From Cetorhinus maximus (lineage: Eukaryota), in NCBI RefSeq assembly GCF_964194155.1, contig NC_135901.1, positions 27,280,001 to 27,344,000 of the forward strand: a DNA stretch of 64,000 nucleotides, read 5' to 3'. Positions 37,905 through 50,701 of the stretch are shown here, one piece after another. A program made the position numbers and the translations under genes. Each line of letters starts with the position of its first letter. Position 1 is the stretch's first letter. The notes below the pieces were generated by a model, which saw nothing but the letters and a program-made list of their open reading frames with translations, searched no databases and was not told the DNA's origin.

Positions 37905-39234
37905 GGTGCGCATGTCCTTGTGTCTCTCCAGATTCAACGATCAAAGGCAGTTTGATCCACACACAAAAGACACATGCAGTCTCTCCCCACTGTGAATGGG
38001 GCAATGATTTTACAGCCTGTATGTCTGGTTAAAGCTCTTTCCACAGTCAGTGCACTGGAACACCCTCATTCGGGTGTGTGTGTCTCGGTGCTTTTCCAAT
38101 CACAATGAGGCTTAAAACCTTTTGAAGCAGACAGAACAGACAAACATTTTCCTGCTTGGATCAAAGCGCCAATGATATTCAAGACCCAATTAATCAAATG
38201 AGTCTGTCAGATCGTGAAGTGAATCTTGTTTTGAGATTTCTGTCTGATATCCTTTAAAAGGAATTTACAAAAAACATCACTGTCAGTACAGGGTAGAAAT
38301 TAAGAGACAAATCTAGTTTGTATGGAACATTCTTTCCCCTCTCATTCTCCAAAAGCTGTAAATCTCCATCCCACACACTCTCCCTCCATTCTCACTCTGT
38401 TGTACCAAATACACACCTTCCCAATTGTCCTGAAGGTGCCGATTCATGCTGGTTGACAGATCCAGTGTCACTGTTTCCTGTCCTGGACACAGAGACCTGA
38501 AAATCTTCAGACAGGCTACTAACCCAAAAATCTATATCTATATATATGTATATTGACTGATTAGCAATACAGAGTGGATGAGGTGAAACTTTAATTCTGC
38601 AGAAAGTGTTAACGGCCTGAAACTCACTGCCGATGAGGATGGTGGAAGCAGAGACAATCACTGATTCCAAAATGAAACAGAATGGGGCACCTGAAGGAAA
38701 TAAACTTGCAGAGGAACTGGGATGGAGAAGGGAATGGGACTGACTGGATTGCTCCTCAGTGACTCAGCATGGACTCGAGTTGCTGAATATAACCTTTCTC
38801 TAATATAATGACTCTGGCTGGAAATATATAACTGTAGGTACGATACTATATTATAAACCAACAAATAAGAATAAATGAAGTTTATAAAGCCTTAAATAAT
38901 ATATGGACAAGGCATCATGTAACAACTAGACATATCTCCGTCTTATATTCATTTACTGCCCCATTAAATGTCAGCCATCTCCTGGGGAAACCACCCCTTT
39001 AATTGTGAACATTAGGAAAGAGACCATCCTTTAAGCCAGACAAATAAATGTGTCAAACTGAGGGAGCAAAGGATGCCAATGTCTTTAAGAGAGAGAGAGA
39101 GAGAGACCTGGGCCAACCTTTCCAGAGTCTGCACCCTCCCTGGATTCACTTCCTTTCCCTTCAGTTCCTGCAAGTCAACAATTTGCCCCCAGAATGAGAA
39201 AAGAAATGGAAAGGGGGAGAAAAGAAAGTGTTTT

Positions 39235-39850
39235 ACTCACAGATGTTGGACACAGGAGGAGGTTTTAGTCTGTGTGAAGCTCAATCTTCATTCACACAAA
39301 GCCCGCGCTCTGATTGCCTGGAGGACCAGAGTCCTTTCGGTCCTCCAGCTCTTCCCATTGGTCAATCCTTCATCATAAAGGGAAGGGGTGGGCTCTCCCC
39401 TGCACACGCGCAATTTCCCATCTCCCTTGGACATGCGCAGTTCCGGGGCGCCCGCCTGCGCGGCGGATAGAGCGATTTCCCCAACAAGGGGGATTGTGGG
39501 CGCTGTGGCCGCCATTACTAATCCGGAGCCCAGTCTCTAAACTCCTGGGACTGGGATGGAAAGCTGGGGGGGGGGGGGGCGCAGTGCCCCCGCCCTGACA
39601 CAAAGTACATGTGGGTAGTCACTGGATTTGATTGTGAAGCCCCCTTAGCAAAACAGTTTGTTAACTTCAGGTGTAAAGATTTAGACACCTGGGTGACAGA
39701 TTGGGGAGGGCAATTGGTGAGTGTGAATCTGAACCCGAGAGTCAGCACCTTCAGGGGAGGAGAACTTGGGAAAAAGCAGGCGAGATAAGTCGGATGAATT
39801 AGTTACAATCAATAGAGAGGAGGGAATGTCTCAGGCGCAGAGATTTATAG
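39235..39850 (-). promoter_or_regulatory. Promoter and non-coding exon 1 of ZNF-5 (inverted paralog of 20830-21440)
   Basis: 38940-40180 is the reverse complement of about 20505-21750. Confidence 0.72.
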
Positions 39851-40188
39851 CTCGAGAGGCAGTGTGATAGTGGCATTGTCAGTGGGCTGGTATTCCAGAG
39901 GCCCCAGGTATTTCTCTGGGGACCCGAGTTCGAATGTCACCACGGCAGTTGGCAAAACTTGAATTCAATGAATACCTGGAGTTTAAGGTTTGACGATGAC
40001 AGTGGAACCATTGCCGATTGTTGCAAAAACGCTTCTGATTCCATAAGGAAATCTGCCGTCCTTACTCAGTCTGGCCTACATGTGACACCAGACCCCAGCA
40101 ACATGGTTGACTCTTAGATGCCCTCTGAGCAAGGGCAATTTGGGATGAATCACCCACATCCCAGAAACGACTGAGAAAAATCTGTTAT

Positions 40189-41063
40189 CAAAATGCTCAT
40201 TGGGATCTTGACCTTGAACCTGCAATGGACTATGTCAGAGTTAAAGGCCATACTGGTCTCAATTACATTGAAAATATAGCACAGAAACATGCCATTCAGC
40301 CCACCTTATCCAAGCCAGTGTTTATACTTCGTTTGAGCCTCCTCCCATTCTTTCTCATCTCACTCTCAGTGAATCCTTCTGTTCATTTCTCCCCCATGTG
40401 TTTATCCGGGTTCCCCTTAAATGTACCGGTGTCATTCACCTCCACCACTCGCTGCGGTAGTGAGTTCCACATTTTCACCACTCTCAGGTAAAGAAGTTTC
40501 TCCTGAATTCCCGATTAGATTTATCAGTCACTACCTTATGTTGGTGGCCTCTAGTTTTGCTCTGTCTCCTACAAGTGGAAACATTCTCTGTGTCTATCAA
40601 AACCTTTCAGAATTTAAAAAACTTCCATTAGCCCTGAACCTTGTCTTTCTAAGAGAGAAGTGACCCAGCCTATTCATCGTCTCCTGATGTATTAAACCTC
40701 TCAGAGTAAAAATCTGAAGACAAAAATGCTTTGTTCATACCTGAGCTCAGCACAATGAGAGAGCAGGGACAGAATCACAAGGGAGACTGAGAACAAGAGC
40801 TTCACTGAGAATGGCTGGGCTGGGCTGGGCTATGATGTGGGAATGAGACCGTCGATCAGACTGTTCAGCATAGGGCTCTTGGAGTTGGGGACAGTGAGGG
40901 AGTTCAAGTGGCAGCCTTCAATAAAGCAACAACCTGTATTTATATAACGTAACAAAACGTCCTGCTTCTGTGCTGTATATTCAATGTAATTGAGCCTGGT
41001 ATTGGCTTTGGCTCTGATTTAGTCCATTGCGTGTTCAAGGTCAAGGTCCCAAGGAGCATTTTG
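40189..41063. repeat. Inverted repeat (arms about 40189-40291 and 40961-41063) at the centre of the ZNF-5/ZNF-6 pair
   Basis: caaaatgctcattgggatcttgaccttgaac versus gttcaaggtcaaggtcccaaggagcattttg; spacer is a direct copy of 19667-20337. Confidence 0.85.
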
Positions 41064-42482
41064 GAACAGAATTTGACAAAAGTTGATAAAGTTGTTCGAG
41101 ATTATATCATATCCAGTTCTAGAATCATTATGGCACAGATGGAGTCCATTTGGAAACTTGAGTCCATGCCGACTCACTTTAGAGTAACCCAGTCAGTCTG
41201 GTGAACCTTCTCTGAACTGTTTCCGATGCAAGTATATCCCTCCTTAAAGAAGGAGCCCACAACTATACATAGTACTCGAGGTGTGGTCTCACCGATAACC
41301 TGTACAGCTGCAGTAAGACTTCCCTACTTCTATATTCCATCCTCCTTGCAATAAAGGTTGACATTCCACTTGCCTTCCTCATTACTTGCTGCACTGAGAG
41401 ACTGACTTTTTGTGATTCATGTACAAGGGCATCCAGATCCCTCTGTACGGCAGCATTCTGCAGTCTCTCTCCATTTAAATAATATTCTACTTTTCTATTC
41501 TCCCTGCCAAGATGGACAACCTCACATTTTCATACATTATACTCCATCTGCCAATATTTTCCTCCCTCATTAAATCTATCGCTATCCCTCTGTGGACTCT
41601 TTGTAAAGTCCTCACAACTTGCTTCCCAACCTATTATATCATCGGCAAATTTATCAACAATACAGTCAGTTCCTTCATCCAAGTCATTAATATGGATTGT
41701 AAATAGTTGGAGCCCCAGTACTGATCCGTACAGGACCAAGGAGGCCCCAGGTTAAATATATTCAAAACAGAGATTGATAGGTTTTAGATATTGAAGATAT
41801 TAAGGGTTTTTGGGGATAGTTCAGGAAAATGGCACTGAGGCAGATCAGCTATAATCTCATTCAATGGCGGAGCAGGCTTGATGAGCCGCATGGCCTACTC
41901 CTGCTCATATTATGATTTCTGTGTCCTGGGCAGGGAGTGGTGAGCGTGGATCTGTCGATCAGCATGAACCTTCAGGAGAATTGGGAGGTTTTATGTTAGG
42001 TACAGCAGAGTGTGAATGGAGAGAGAGAATGTGTGTGTTATGGAGATTCACAGCTTTAGTGGAATGAGAGAGGAAAGAATGTTCCATAGAACACTCCAGT
42101 GATGTCTGTTGTGAATTTCTTTTAAAGGAGACTAGAAGGGGAGGATTCACAGACAGAAATCTGGAATCAAAGGTTAAGATCTCACAGAGTCACTCGATTT
42201 ATCGGAACGTGAACATGATCAGCTTTTGAATTTAGAAGGAGAAAAATTTGTCTGTTTTGTCTGCTTGATAAGATTTTAAGCATCAGTGTGACTGGAAAGG
42301 CCCGAGACACACGCACCTGAGTGAGAGTGTTCCAGTGCACTGACTGTGGAAAGAGCTTTAACCAGTTACACAGCCTGAAAAAACATCACCATTACAGTGA
42401 GGAGAGACATTTTACATGTTCTGTGTGTGGACAAGGCTTCAACTGACTGTCAGACCTGGAGAGACACAAGGACACCCGCACC

Positions 42483-43069
42483 ATGGAGAAACCATGGAAA
42501 TATGGAGACTGTGGGAAGGGATTCAAAACCCCATCGAAGCTGGGGACTCATCGACGCAGCCACACTGGAGAGAGACCGTTCACCTGCTTTGAGTGTGGGA
42601 ATGGGTTTGCTCGGTTACTCCACCTGCAGTCACACCAGCAGGTTCACACTGGGGAGAGGCCATTCACCTGCTCTGTGTGTGGGAAGGGATTTACTCAGTT
42701 ACCCAACCTACTCACTCACCAATGAGTTCACACTGGGGAAAGACCATTCACTTGCTCTGAGTGTGGGAAGGGATTCATTCGGTCATCGAACCTGCTGACA
42801 CACCAACGAGTCCACGCTGAGAGGCCGTTCCCCTGCTCTAAGTGTGGGAAAGGATTCACCGAGTTATACAGACTGCAGGTGCACCAGCGAGTTCACACTG
42901 GGGAGAGGCCGTTCACCTGTTCTCAGTGTGGGAAGGGATTCGCTCGGTTACACCACCTACAGTCACACCAGCAGGTTCACTCTGGGGTGAGGCCATTCAC
43001 CTGCTCCATGTGTGGAAGGGATTCGCTCGTTTATAGAACCTCCAGACACACCAGTGAGTTCACAAGTGA
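42483..43069 (+). pseudogene. ZNF-6: promoterless paralog of ZNF-4, 7 fingers, TGA at codon 81 and a frameshift near 43015
   Basis: ORF 42483-42725 ends HQ-stop; later fingers continue in frame then shift. Confidence 0.88.
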
Positions 43070-43534
43070 TTGCAGGGTTTGGATTCTGCTGATTATTGCT
43101 GCCGTTAATCACATCCAGGACTGAACCATGTTCATTCTGACACTTGGTGAAGTGGGAGGGTCGGAGGGTTTCTTTCTGCTGGACTGACCAGTCCCACGAC
43201 TTTGTCCCCAGTGGCTGGTGCTCTTTGAGCCTTGTTACGAATATCTAGTTTCATATTTCACAAGGATCACAGAATGAAAAGGTGTTTGGAATGTAGAAGG
43301 TATTTCGTTTGCCTTTCTGTTTGGAACCCCCCAAATCATGCCATGTTGCCATGGAGATGGGCTGTGCTGGTTAGATGTTTCTTTTGTTTCATTTATCTGG
43401 GTGTTTCTCACAGAGAAAAACTATCACAGTTTGAGGGTCAAGTTGGCTGTGGTAGATTGGGAAACTACATGAAAAGTTATGACGGTAGACAAGCAAAAGC
43501 GAGCATTGCAGGAATTATTACATATTTGCAACAA

Positions 43535-45115
43535 ATATAGATCCCTTTAAGGATCAAAAACCCAACAGGAAAAGTGATGCAACCGTGGCTAACAAGAGAA
43601 GTTGAAGATTGAATTAGGTCCTAATAAGGAGTAAGCCTGAGGATTGGAGCATTTTTTAGAATTCAGCAAATGAGGACCAAGAAACTAATAAAGAAAGAAA
43701 AAATCGAACTTGAGAGCAAACATAAAAAGCGACTGTAAAAGCTTCTATAGGGATGTGAAAAGGAAAAGATTATCAAAGAGAAATGTGGGTCCATTCCAGG
43801 CAGAGACATGAGAATTTATAATGAGGAATAAGGAATTGGCAGAGAAACTAAACAATGTGTTTCTGTCCTCACAGAGGAAGATACAGAAATCGCCCCAAAC
43901 ATACTAGAGAACCAAGGGACTAGTGAGCATGAGGAACAGATAGAGATTAGTATTGGTAAAAAAGTAGCACTGGAGAAATGAATGGGGTTGAAAGTTGTTA
44001 AATCCCCTGGACCTGGTGATCTACATCCCAGAGTGTTGAAGGAGGTGGCTGTAGAGATAGTGGATGCATTGGTGATCATCCACCAAAATTCTATAGATTC
44101 TGGAATGGTTCCTGCAAATTGGAAGGTGGCAAATGTCACCCACTATTTAAGGAGGGAGAGAGAAAATGAGGAACTACAGACCTGTTAACCTGACATCAGT
44201 AGTAGGGGAACTGCTAGAATCCATTATAAAGGATGTGATAACAGAGGAACATATGAATTAGGAGCAGGAGTAGACACTCGGCCCCTCGAGCCTGCTCCGC
44301 ATTCAATATGTTCCTGGCAGATCTGATTGTAACCTCAGCTTCACATTCCCACCTACCCCCCAATAACCTTTTACTTCTTGCTTATCAAGAATCTATCTAG
44401 CTCTGCTTTAAAATATTCAAAGACTCTGCTTTGAGGAAGAGAGTTCCAAAGACTCATTATCGTCTGAGAGAAAAATTTTCTCCTCTGTCTTAAAGGGGCG
44501 ACCCATTACTTTTAAACCGTGATCCCAATTTTCAGATTCTCCCGCAAGAGGAAACATTCTCTCCACATCCACCCTGTCGAGGCCCCTCAGGATCTTATAT
44601 GTTTCAATCAAGTCACCTCTTACTCTTCTAAACTCCAGCAGATACAAGCCCAGCCTGTCCAACCTTTCCTCATAAGACATCCCACCCATCCCAGGTATTA
44701 GTCCAGTAAACCTTCTCTGAACTGCTTCCAACACATTTACGACCTTCCTTAAATAAGGAGACCAATACTGTACACTGTATTCCAGATATGGTCTCACCAA
44801 TGCCCTGTATAACGGAAGCATAACCTTCCTACTTCTAATGATAACCTTCTGTGGTTAGCTTTCCTAATTACTTGGTGTACCTGAATAATTAGCTTTTGCA
44901 ATTCCTGCACAAGGACACCCAGATCCCTCTGCATCTCAGAGCTCTGCAATCTCTCACTGTATGCTTATTTTTTATTCTTCCTGCCAAAGTGGATATGCTC
45001 CATTTGCTTGACCTTTCCCCACTCACTTAACCTGTCAATATCCCTTTGTAGCCTCCTTATGTCCTCTTCACAACTTACTTTACTACTTACCTTTAGTGTC
45101 ATCTGCAAATTTAGC
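43535..45115. mobile_element. CR1 fragments: + (43535-44245) and - (44245-45115)
   Basis: KSPGPGDLHPRVLKE (+); RPYLEYSVQYWSP, RRVRGDLIETYK (-); paralogous to 24525-25680. Confidence 0.85.
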
Positions 45116-45174
45116 CTCTCTTTAAAACAGAAATCAAACATTCCCAATTGATTTCAGGCACTAACATCTTTTGT

Positions 45175-46035
45175 CTCTCTCTCTCTCTCTCTTAAAGACA
45201 TTGACATCCTTTGCCTCCTCAGCTTGACACATTTATTTGTCTAACTAAAACGATGGTCTCTCTCCTAATGTTCACAATTAAAGGGGTAGTTTCCCCAAGT
45301 GATGGCTGGCATTTAAGGGGTCAATTTCAGGGTGATTAACTGTCATGTATTTTAAGGGATTCCTCCTTATTTTGTCTTTTTGCCTGTGTTTTTAGGACAG
45401 CCTGTGGGAAACTGATCCCAGAGTCTCCAGGGTGAGTTTGAGTGATTTGAGTGGGACGGCAAGTGAGTGAGTCGGCCAGCAAATAGATGATGATGTTGTG
45501 ACTGAACAAGAAACGTTGTAAGTTTTCGTTGATTTTAAACCCCACCCTCCCACTATTATTGTCTCAAGACACCTCCTCCCCATCACCTCTCATATTGAAA
45601 CCCAAACACCCCCAACCTGCTCTCACAGTCACAAGCATCTCAGCCCCACCCATGCCTCCCCCACGGCTTAAGTGTCCATTATTTTATTTTCTATTACATG
45701 ATTAGAGATATATGATGCTGTGGGAATGACCTTTATTTCAACAGCCAGTGGTGATGTCCTGGAACCCACTGCCTATGAGGGTGGTGGTTCCAGAGACGAT
45801 CAATAATTTCTAAATGAAATTGAATTGACACTTGAAGGAAATGAACATGCAGGGGAACGGTGGTATAGAAGGGGAATGGGATTGACTGGATCGCTCTACA
45901 GAGAGTTGGTATGGACTCGAGTTGTCAAATGGACTCCTTCTGTGTCAGAATTACTCCAACATTGGAAATATATTAAGTAGCTACAGTACTCTCCTCCAAG
46001 ACTAGAAGGATAACAAATTAACTTTATGACAAAAC
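45175..46035. repeat. Rearranged orphan copy of ZNF-7 intron 1
   Basis: 45175-45690 is a direct copy of 48470-49000; 45690-46035 is the reverse complement of about 49085-49440. Confidence 0.8.
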
Positions 46036-46046
46036 TAGATTAGGCT

Positions 46047-48339
46047 AATTGCCTGGAGGACCAACGTCCTTCCGGTCCTCCAACTCTTCCCATTGGTCAA
46101 CTCCTCAGCATGAAGGGAAGGGGCGGGCTCTCCCCCGCACATGCGCAGCCTCCCCTCTCCCGAGTTCTCCGAGCGGCTTCTCGCTCTGGCCGGAGCCGTC
46201 AGTCGGTTGCCTGGAAACCTTGGCTCGAGGAGGTGGAGGGGGAGGGGGAACAATGGGTGGGGGCGGGGCTCCCGTGTCCGCGCGGGTGGGGGGGCGGGGC
46301 TCCCGTGTCCGCGCGCCTGGCCTGCAGACTGGGACCCGAGGATAAAAACAAAAAACTGCGGATGCTGGAAATCCAAAACAAAAACAAAATTAAAAATACC
46401 TGGAAAAACTCAGCAGGTCTGACAGCATCTGCGGAGAGGAACAGTTAACGTTTCAAGTCCGAATGACTCTTCAACAGAACTAAGGAAAAATAGAATATAG
46501 GTGAAATATAAGCTGGTTTAAGGGGGGGTGGGACAGGTAGAGCTGGATAGAGGGTCAGTGATAGGTGGAGAAAACCAAAAGATGTCACAGACAAAAGGAC
46601 AAAGAGGTGTTGAAGGTGGTGATATTATCTAAAGGAATGTGATCATTAAGGGTAGAAAGCAGGACGAGCAAGGTACAGATAACCCTGGGGGAAGGGATTG
46701 AAAAAGGCTAAAAGGTAGAGATTAAACAATGGATGGAAATTCATTTAAAAATAATGGAAATAGGTGGGAAAATAAAAATCTATATAAATTATTGGAAAAA
46801 AGGGGGATCGGAAAGGGGGTGGGGATGGAGGAGAGAGTTCATGATCTAAAGTTGTTGAACTCAATATTCAGTCCGGAAGGCTGTAAAGTGCCTAGTCGGA
46901 AGATGAGGTGCTGTTCCTCCAGTTTGCGTTGAGCTTCACTGGAACAATGCAGCAAGCCAAGGACGGACATGTGGGCATGAGAGCAGGGTGGGGCATTGAA
47001 ATGGTAAGCGACAGGGAGGACTGGGTCATGCTTGCGGACAGACCGAAGGTGTTCCGCGAAGCGGTCACCCATTCTGCGTTTGGTCTCTCCAATGTAGAGG
47101 AAACTGCATTAGGAGCAGCGAATGCAGTAGACTAAATTGAGGGAAGTGCAAGTGAAATGCTGCTTCACTTGAAAGGAGTGTTTGGGCCCTTGGACGGTGA
47201 GGAGGGGGGAAGTAAAGGGGCAGGTGTTGCACCTTCTGCGGTTGCATGGGAAGGTGCCATGGGAGGGGGTGATGGAAGAGTGGACCAGGGTGTTCCGGAG
47301 GGATCGATCCCTGCGGAATGCTGCCGGGGGGGTGAAGGGAAGATGTGTTTGGTGGTGGCATCATGCTGGAGTTGGCGGAAATGGCAGAGGATGATCCTTT
47401 GAATGCGGAGGCTGGTGGAGTGATAAGTGAGGACAAGGGGGACCCTATCATGGTTCTGGGAGGGAGAGGAAGGTGTGAGAGCGGATGCGCGGGAGATGGG
47501 CTGGACACGGTTGAGGGCCCTGTCAACCACCGTGGGTGGAAAACCTCGGTTAAGGAAGAAGGAAGACATGTCAGAGGAACCGTTTTTGAAAGTGGCATCA
47601 TCAGAACAGATGTGACGGAGGCGAAGGAACTGAGAGAATGGGATGGAGTCCTTACAGGAAGCGGGGTGTGAGGAACTGTAGTCAAGGTAGCTGTGGGAGT
47701 CAGTAGGCTTGTAATGAATATCGGTGGACAGTCTATCACCAGAAATTGAGACTGAGAGGTCAAGGAAGGGAAGGGAAGTGTTAGTGGTGGACCACGTGAA
47801 AATGATGGAGAGGTGGAAATTGGAAGCAAAATTAATAAATTTTTCCAGGTCCAGACGAGAGCCTGGAGCAGCACCGAAGCAGTCAATGATGTACCGGAGA
47901 AAGAGTTGTGGGAGGGGGCCGGAGTAGGACTGGAACAAGGAATGTTCCACATACCCCATAAAGAGACAGGCATAACTGGGGCCCATGCGGGTACCCACAG
48001 CCATACCTGTTATTTGTAGGAAGTGAGAGAAGCTTAAGGAGAAATTGTTCAGTGAGAGAACAAGTTCAGCCAGACGGAGGAGAGTAGTGGTGGATGGGGA
48101 TTGTTTGGGCCTCTGTTTGAGGAAGAAGCAGAGAGCCTTCAGACCATCCCGGTGGGGGATGGAGGTGTAGAGGGATTGGACATCCATGGTGAAGAGGAGA
48201 CGGTTGGAACCCGAGGACGTCAATGTGCAGCAGAGTGATTCCTATTGGCTGGTTCGGGAAGGGTTCCATTGTGGACGTTAGAATGAGGAAGTTGGACAAT
48301 GACCTTCAGACTAAAACTTCCTCCTCTGGGCAACATCTG
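46047..48339. promoter_or_regulatory. Inverted paralog of the 8866-9250 bidirectional promoter, split by a Penelope insertion; ZNF-7 exon 1 ends near 48338
   Basis: 46047-46342 and 48205-48340 join to give the reverse complement of 8865-9250. Confidence 0.75.
46343..48204 (-). mobile_element. Penelope-like element (probably Neptune-type), 5'-truncated: RT, GIY-YIG endonuclease, hammerhead-motif tail
   Basis: LFTMDVQSLYTSIP, QITGMAVGTRMGPSYACLFM, FLRYIID, LPFLD, YKPTD; RFAEH...VAYHFN...LGTLQPSGLN; flanked by a 13-bp direct repeat. Confidence 0.92.
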
Positions 48340-50010
48340 TGAGGAAATCAATGTTTCCCCCTTTCCATTTCTTTTCTCATCCTGGGGGCAAATTGTTAAC
48401 TTGCAGGAACTGAAGGGAAAGGAAGTGAATCCAGGAAGGGTGCAGACTCTGGAAAGGTTGGCCCAGGTCTCTCTCTCTCTCTTAAAGACATTGACATGCT
48501 TTGCTCCCTCAGCTTGACACATTTATTTGTCTGGCTAAAAGGATGGGCTGTTTCCTAATGTTCACAATTAAAGGGGTGGTTTCCCCAGGAGATGGCTGAC
48601 ATTTAAGGAGACAATTTCAGGGTGGTTAACTGTCCTGTATTTTAAGGGATTGCTCCTTATTTTGCCTTTTGTCCTGTATTTCTAGGACAGCCTGTGGGAA
48701 ACTGATCCCAGGAATCTCCAGGGTGAGTTTGAGTGATTCGAGTGGGACTGCAAGTGAGTGAGTCAGCCAGCAGAGAGATGAAGATGTTGTGACTGAACAA
48801 GATAAGTTGTAAGTTTTAGTTTATTTTAAACCCCACCATCCCTCCCACTATTATTGTCTCAAGACCCCTCCTCCTCATCCCCTCTCATATTGAAACCCAA
48901 ACCCCCATCCAGCCTGCTCTCACGGTCACCAGCATCCCACCACCACCCACTCACCCACCCATGTCTCCAACCCCACGGCTGAAGTGTCCGTTATTTTATT
49001 TTGAAAGACTTCTGCTCCTGGACAATATAGTAATAAAGGACAAAGATATGTCTAATGTTGTCATCGGGAACCCTTTAGATATATTATTTATAGTTCTGTA
49101 ATTAAGTTCATTTATTATCCTTTCTAGTCTTGGAGGAGAGTACTGCAGGTACTTAACATATTTCCAGTGATAGTCATTATGACACAGAAGGAGTCCATTT
49201 GATAACTTGACTCCAGACTGACTCTCTGTAGAGTGACCCAGGCAGTCCCATTCCCCCTTCTATATCCCCATTCCCCTGCATGTTCCTTTCCTTCAAATGT
49301 CAATTCAATTTCATTTTGAAATTATTGATCGTTTCTGGAACCACCACCCTCATAGGCTGTGGCTTCCAGGACATCACCACTGGCTGTTGAAATAAAGTTC
49401 TTCCCCACAGCATCATGTGTCTCTAATCATGTAATAGAGTCCTGTGTATTACACACATTTTTAGTGCAGTACTATTGGGTGTATATGAGGTACAGCAGGG
49501 TGAGAATGGAGTGAGCATGTGTGGGATGGAGGTTTTCAGCTTTTGGGGAGCGAGAGAGGAAAGAATGTTCCATAGAAACGAGAATTGTCTGTTCTGAATT
49601 TCTATCCTGTACTGACAGTGATGACTTTTGTAAACTCCTTTAACAGGATATTCGAAAGGGAGGATTTGCAGCCAGAAATCTCAAACTAAACTTCACATCA
49701 AGATCTGACAGAGTCACCCCATTCATCGGGAGCTGAATATGATTGGCTTTTGAATCTGGAAGGAGAAATTTTTGTCTGTTCTGTCTGCTTGCAAAGGTTT
49801 CCAACATCAGTGTGATTGGAAAAGGACCAAGACACACACACACTCGAGTGAGAGTGTTCCAGAGCACTGACTCTGGAAAGAGCTTTAACCAGTTACACAG
49901 CCTGAAAAAACATCACCATTCACAGTGGGGAGAGGCCATATACGTGTTCTGTGTGTGGACGAGGCTTCAACTGATCGTCGAACCTGGAGAGACATAAGGA
50001 CACGCGCACA

Positions 50011-50701
50011 ATGGAGAAACCGTGGAAATGTGGGGACTGTGGGAAGGGATTCAAAGCCCTGTCTGAGCTGGAAACTCATCGGTGCACTCACACCGGGGAG
50101 AGGCCGCTCACCTGCTCCGAGCGTGGGAAGGGATTCACTGATTTATCCGCCCTGCAGATGCATCGGCGAGTTCACACCGGGGAGGGACCCTTCACCTGCT
50201 CTGAGTGTGGGAAGGGATTCATTCTGTCGTCTCACCTGCAGACACACCAGCGAGTTCACACCAGGGAAAGGCCATTCACCTGCTCTGCGAGTGGAAGGGA
50301 GTCACTCGGTCATCCTACCTGCTGTCACACCAGCGAGTTCACACCGGGGACTGGCTGATCTGCTCAGAATGTGGGAAGAGATTCACTCGGTTGTGTGTCC
50401 TGCTGCCACACCAGCTGGGGAGAGGCCGTTCACCTGCTCTGAGTGTGGGAAGGGATTCACTCGGTCATCCCACCTGCTGACACACCAGCGAGTTCACACC
50501 GGGGAGAAGCCGTTCACCTGCTCCAAGTGTGGGAAGGGATTCAGTGATTCATCCACCCTGCTGAGACACCAGCAAATTCATACCAGGGAGAGGCTGTTCA
50601 CCTGCTCTGAGTGTGGGAATGGATTCACTTGTTCATCCGAGCTGCTGAGACACCAGACAGTTCACACTGATTAGAGTCCTTTTAGATGCTCTGACTGTGG
50701 G
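50011..50701 (+). pseudogene. ZNF-7: frameshifted C2H2 gene truncated by LTR insertion
   Basis: Fingers distributed over three frames; ends RCSDCG then LTR. Confidence 0.88.
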
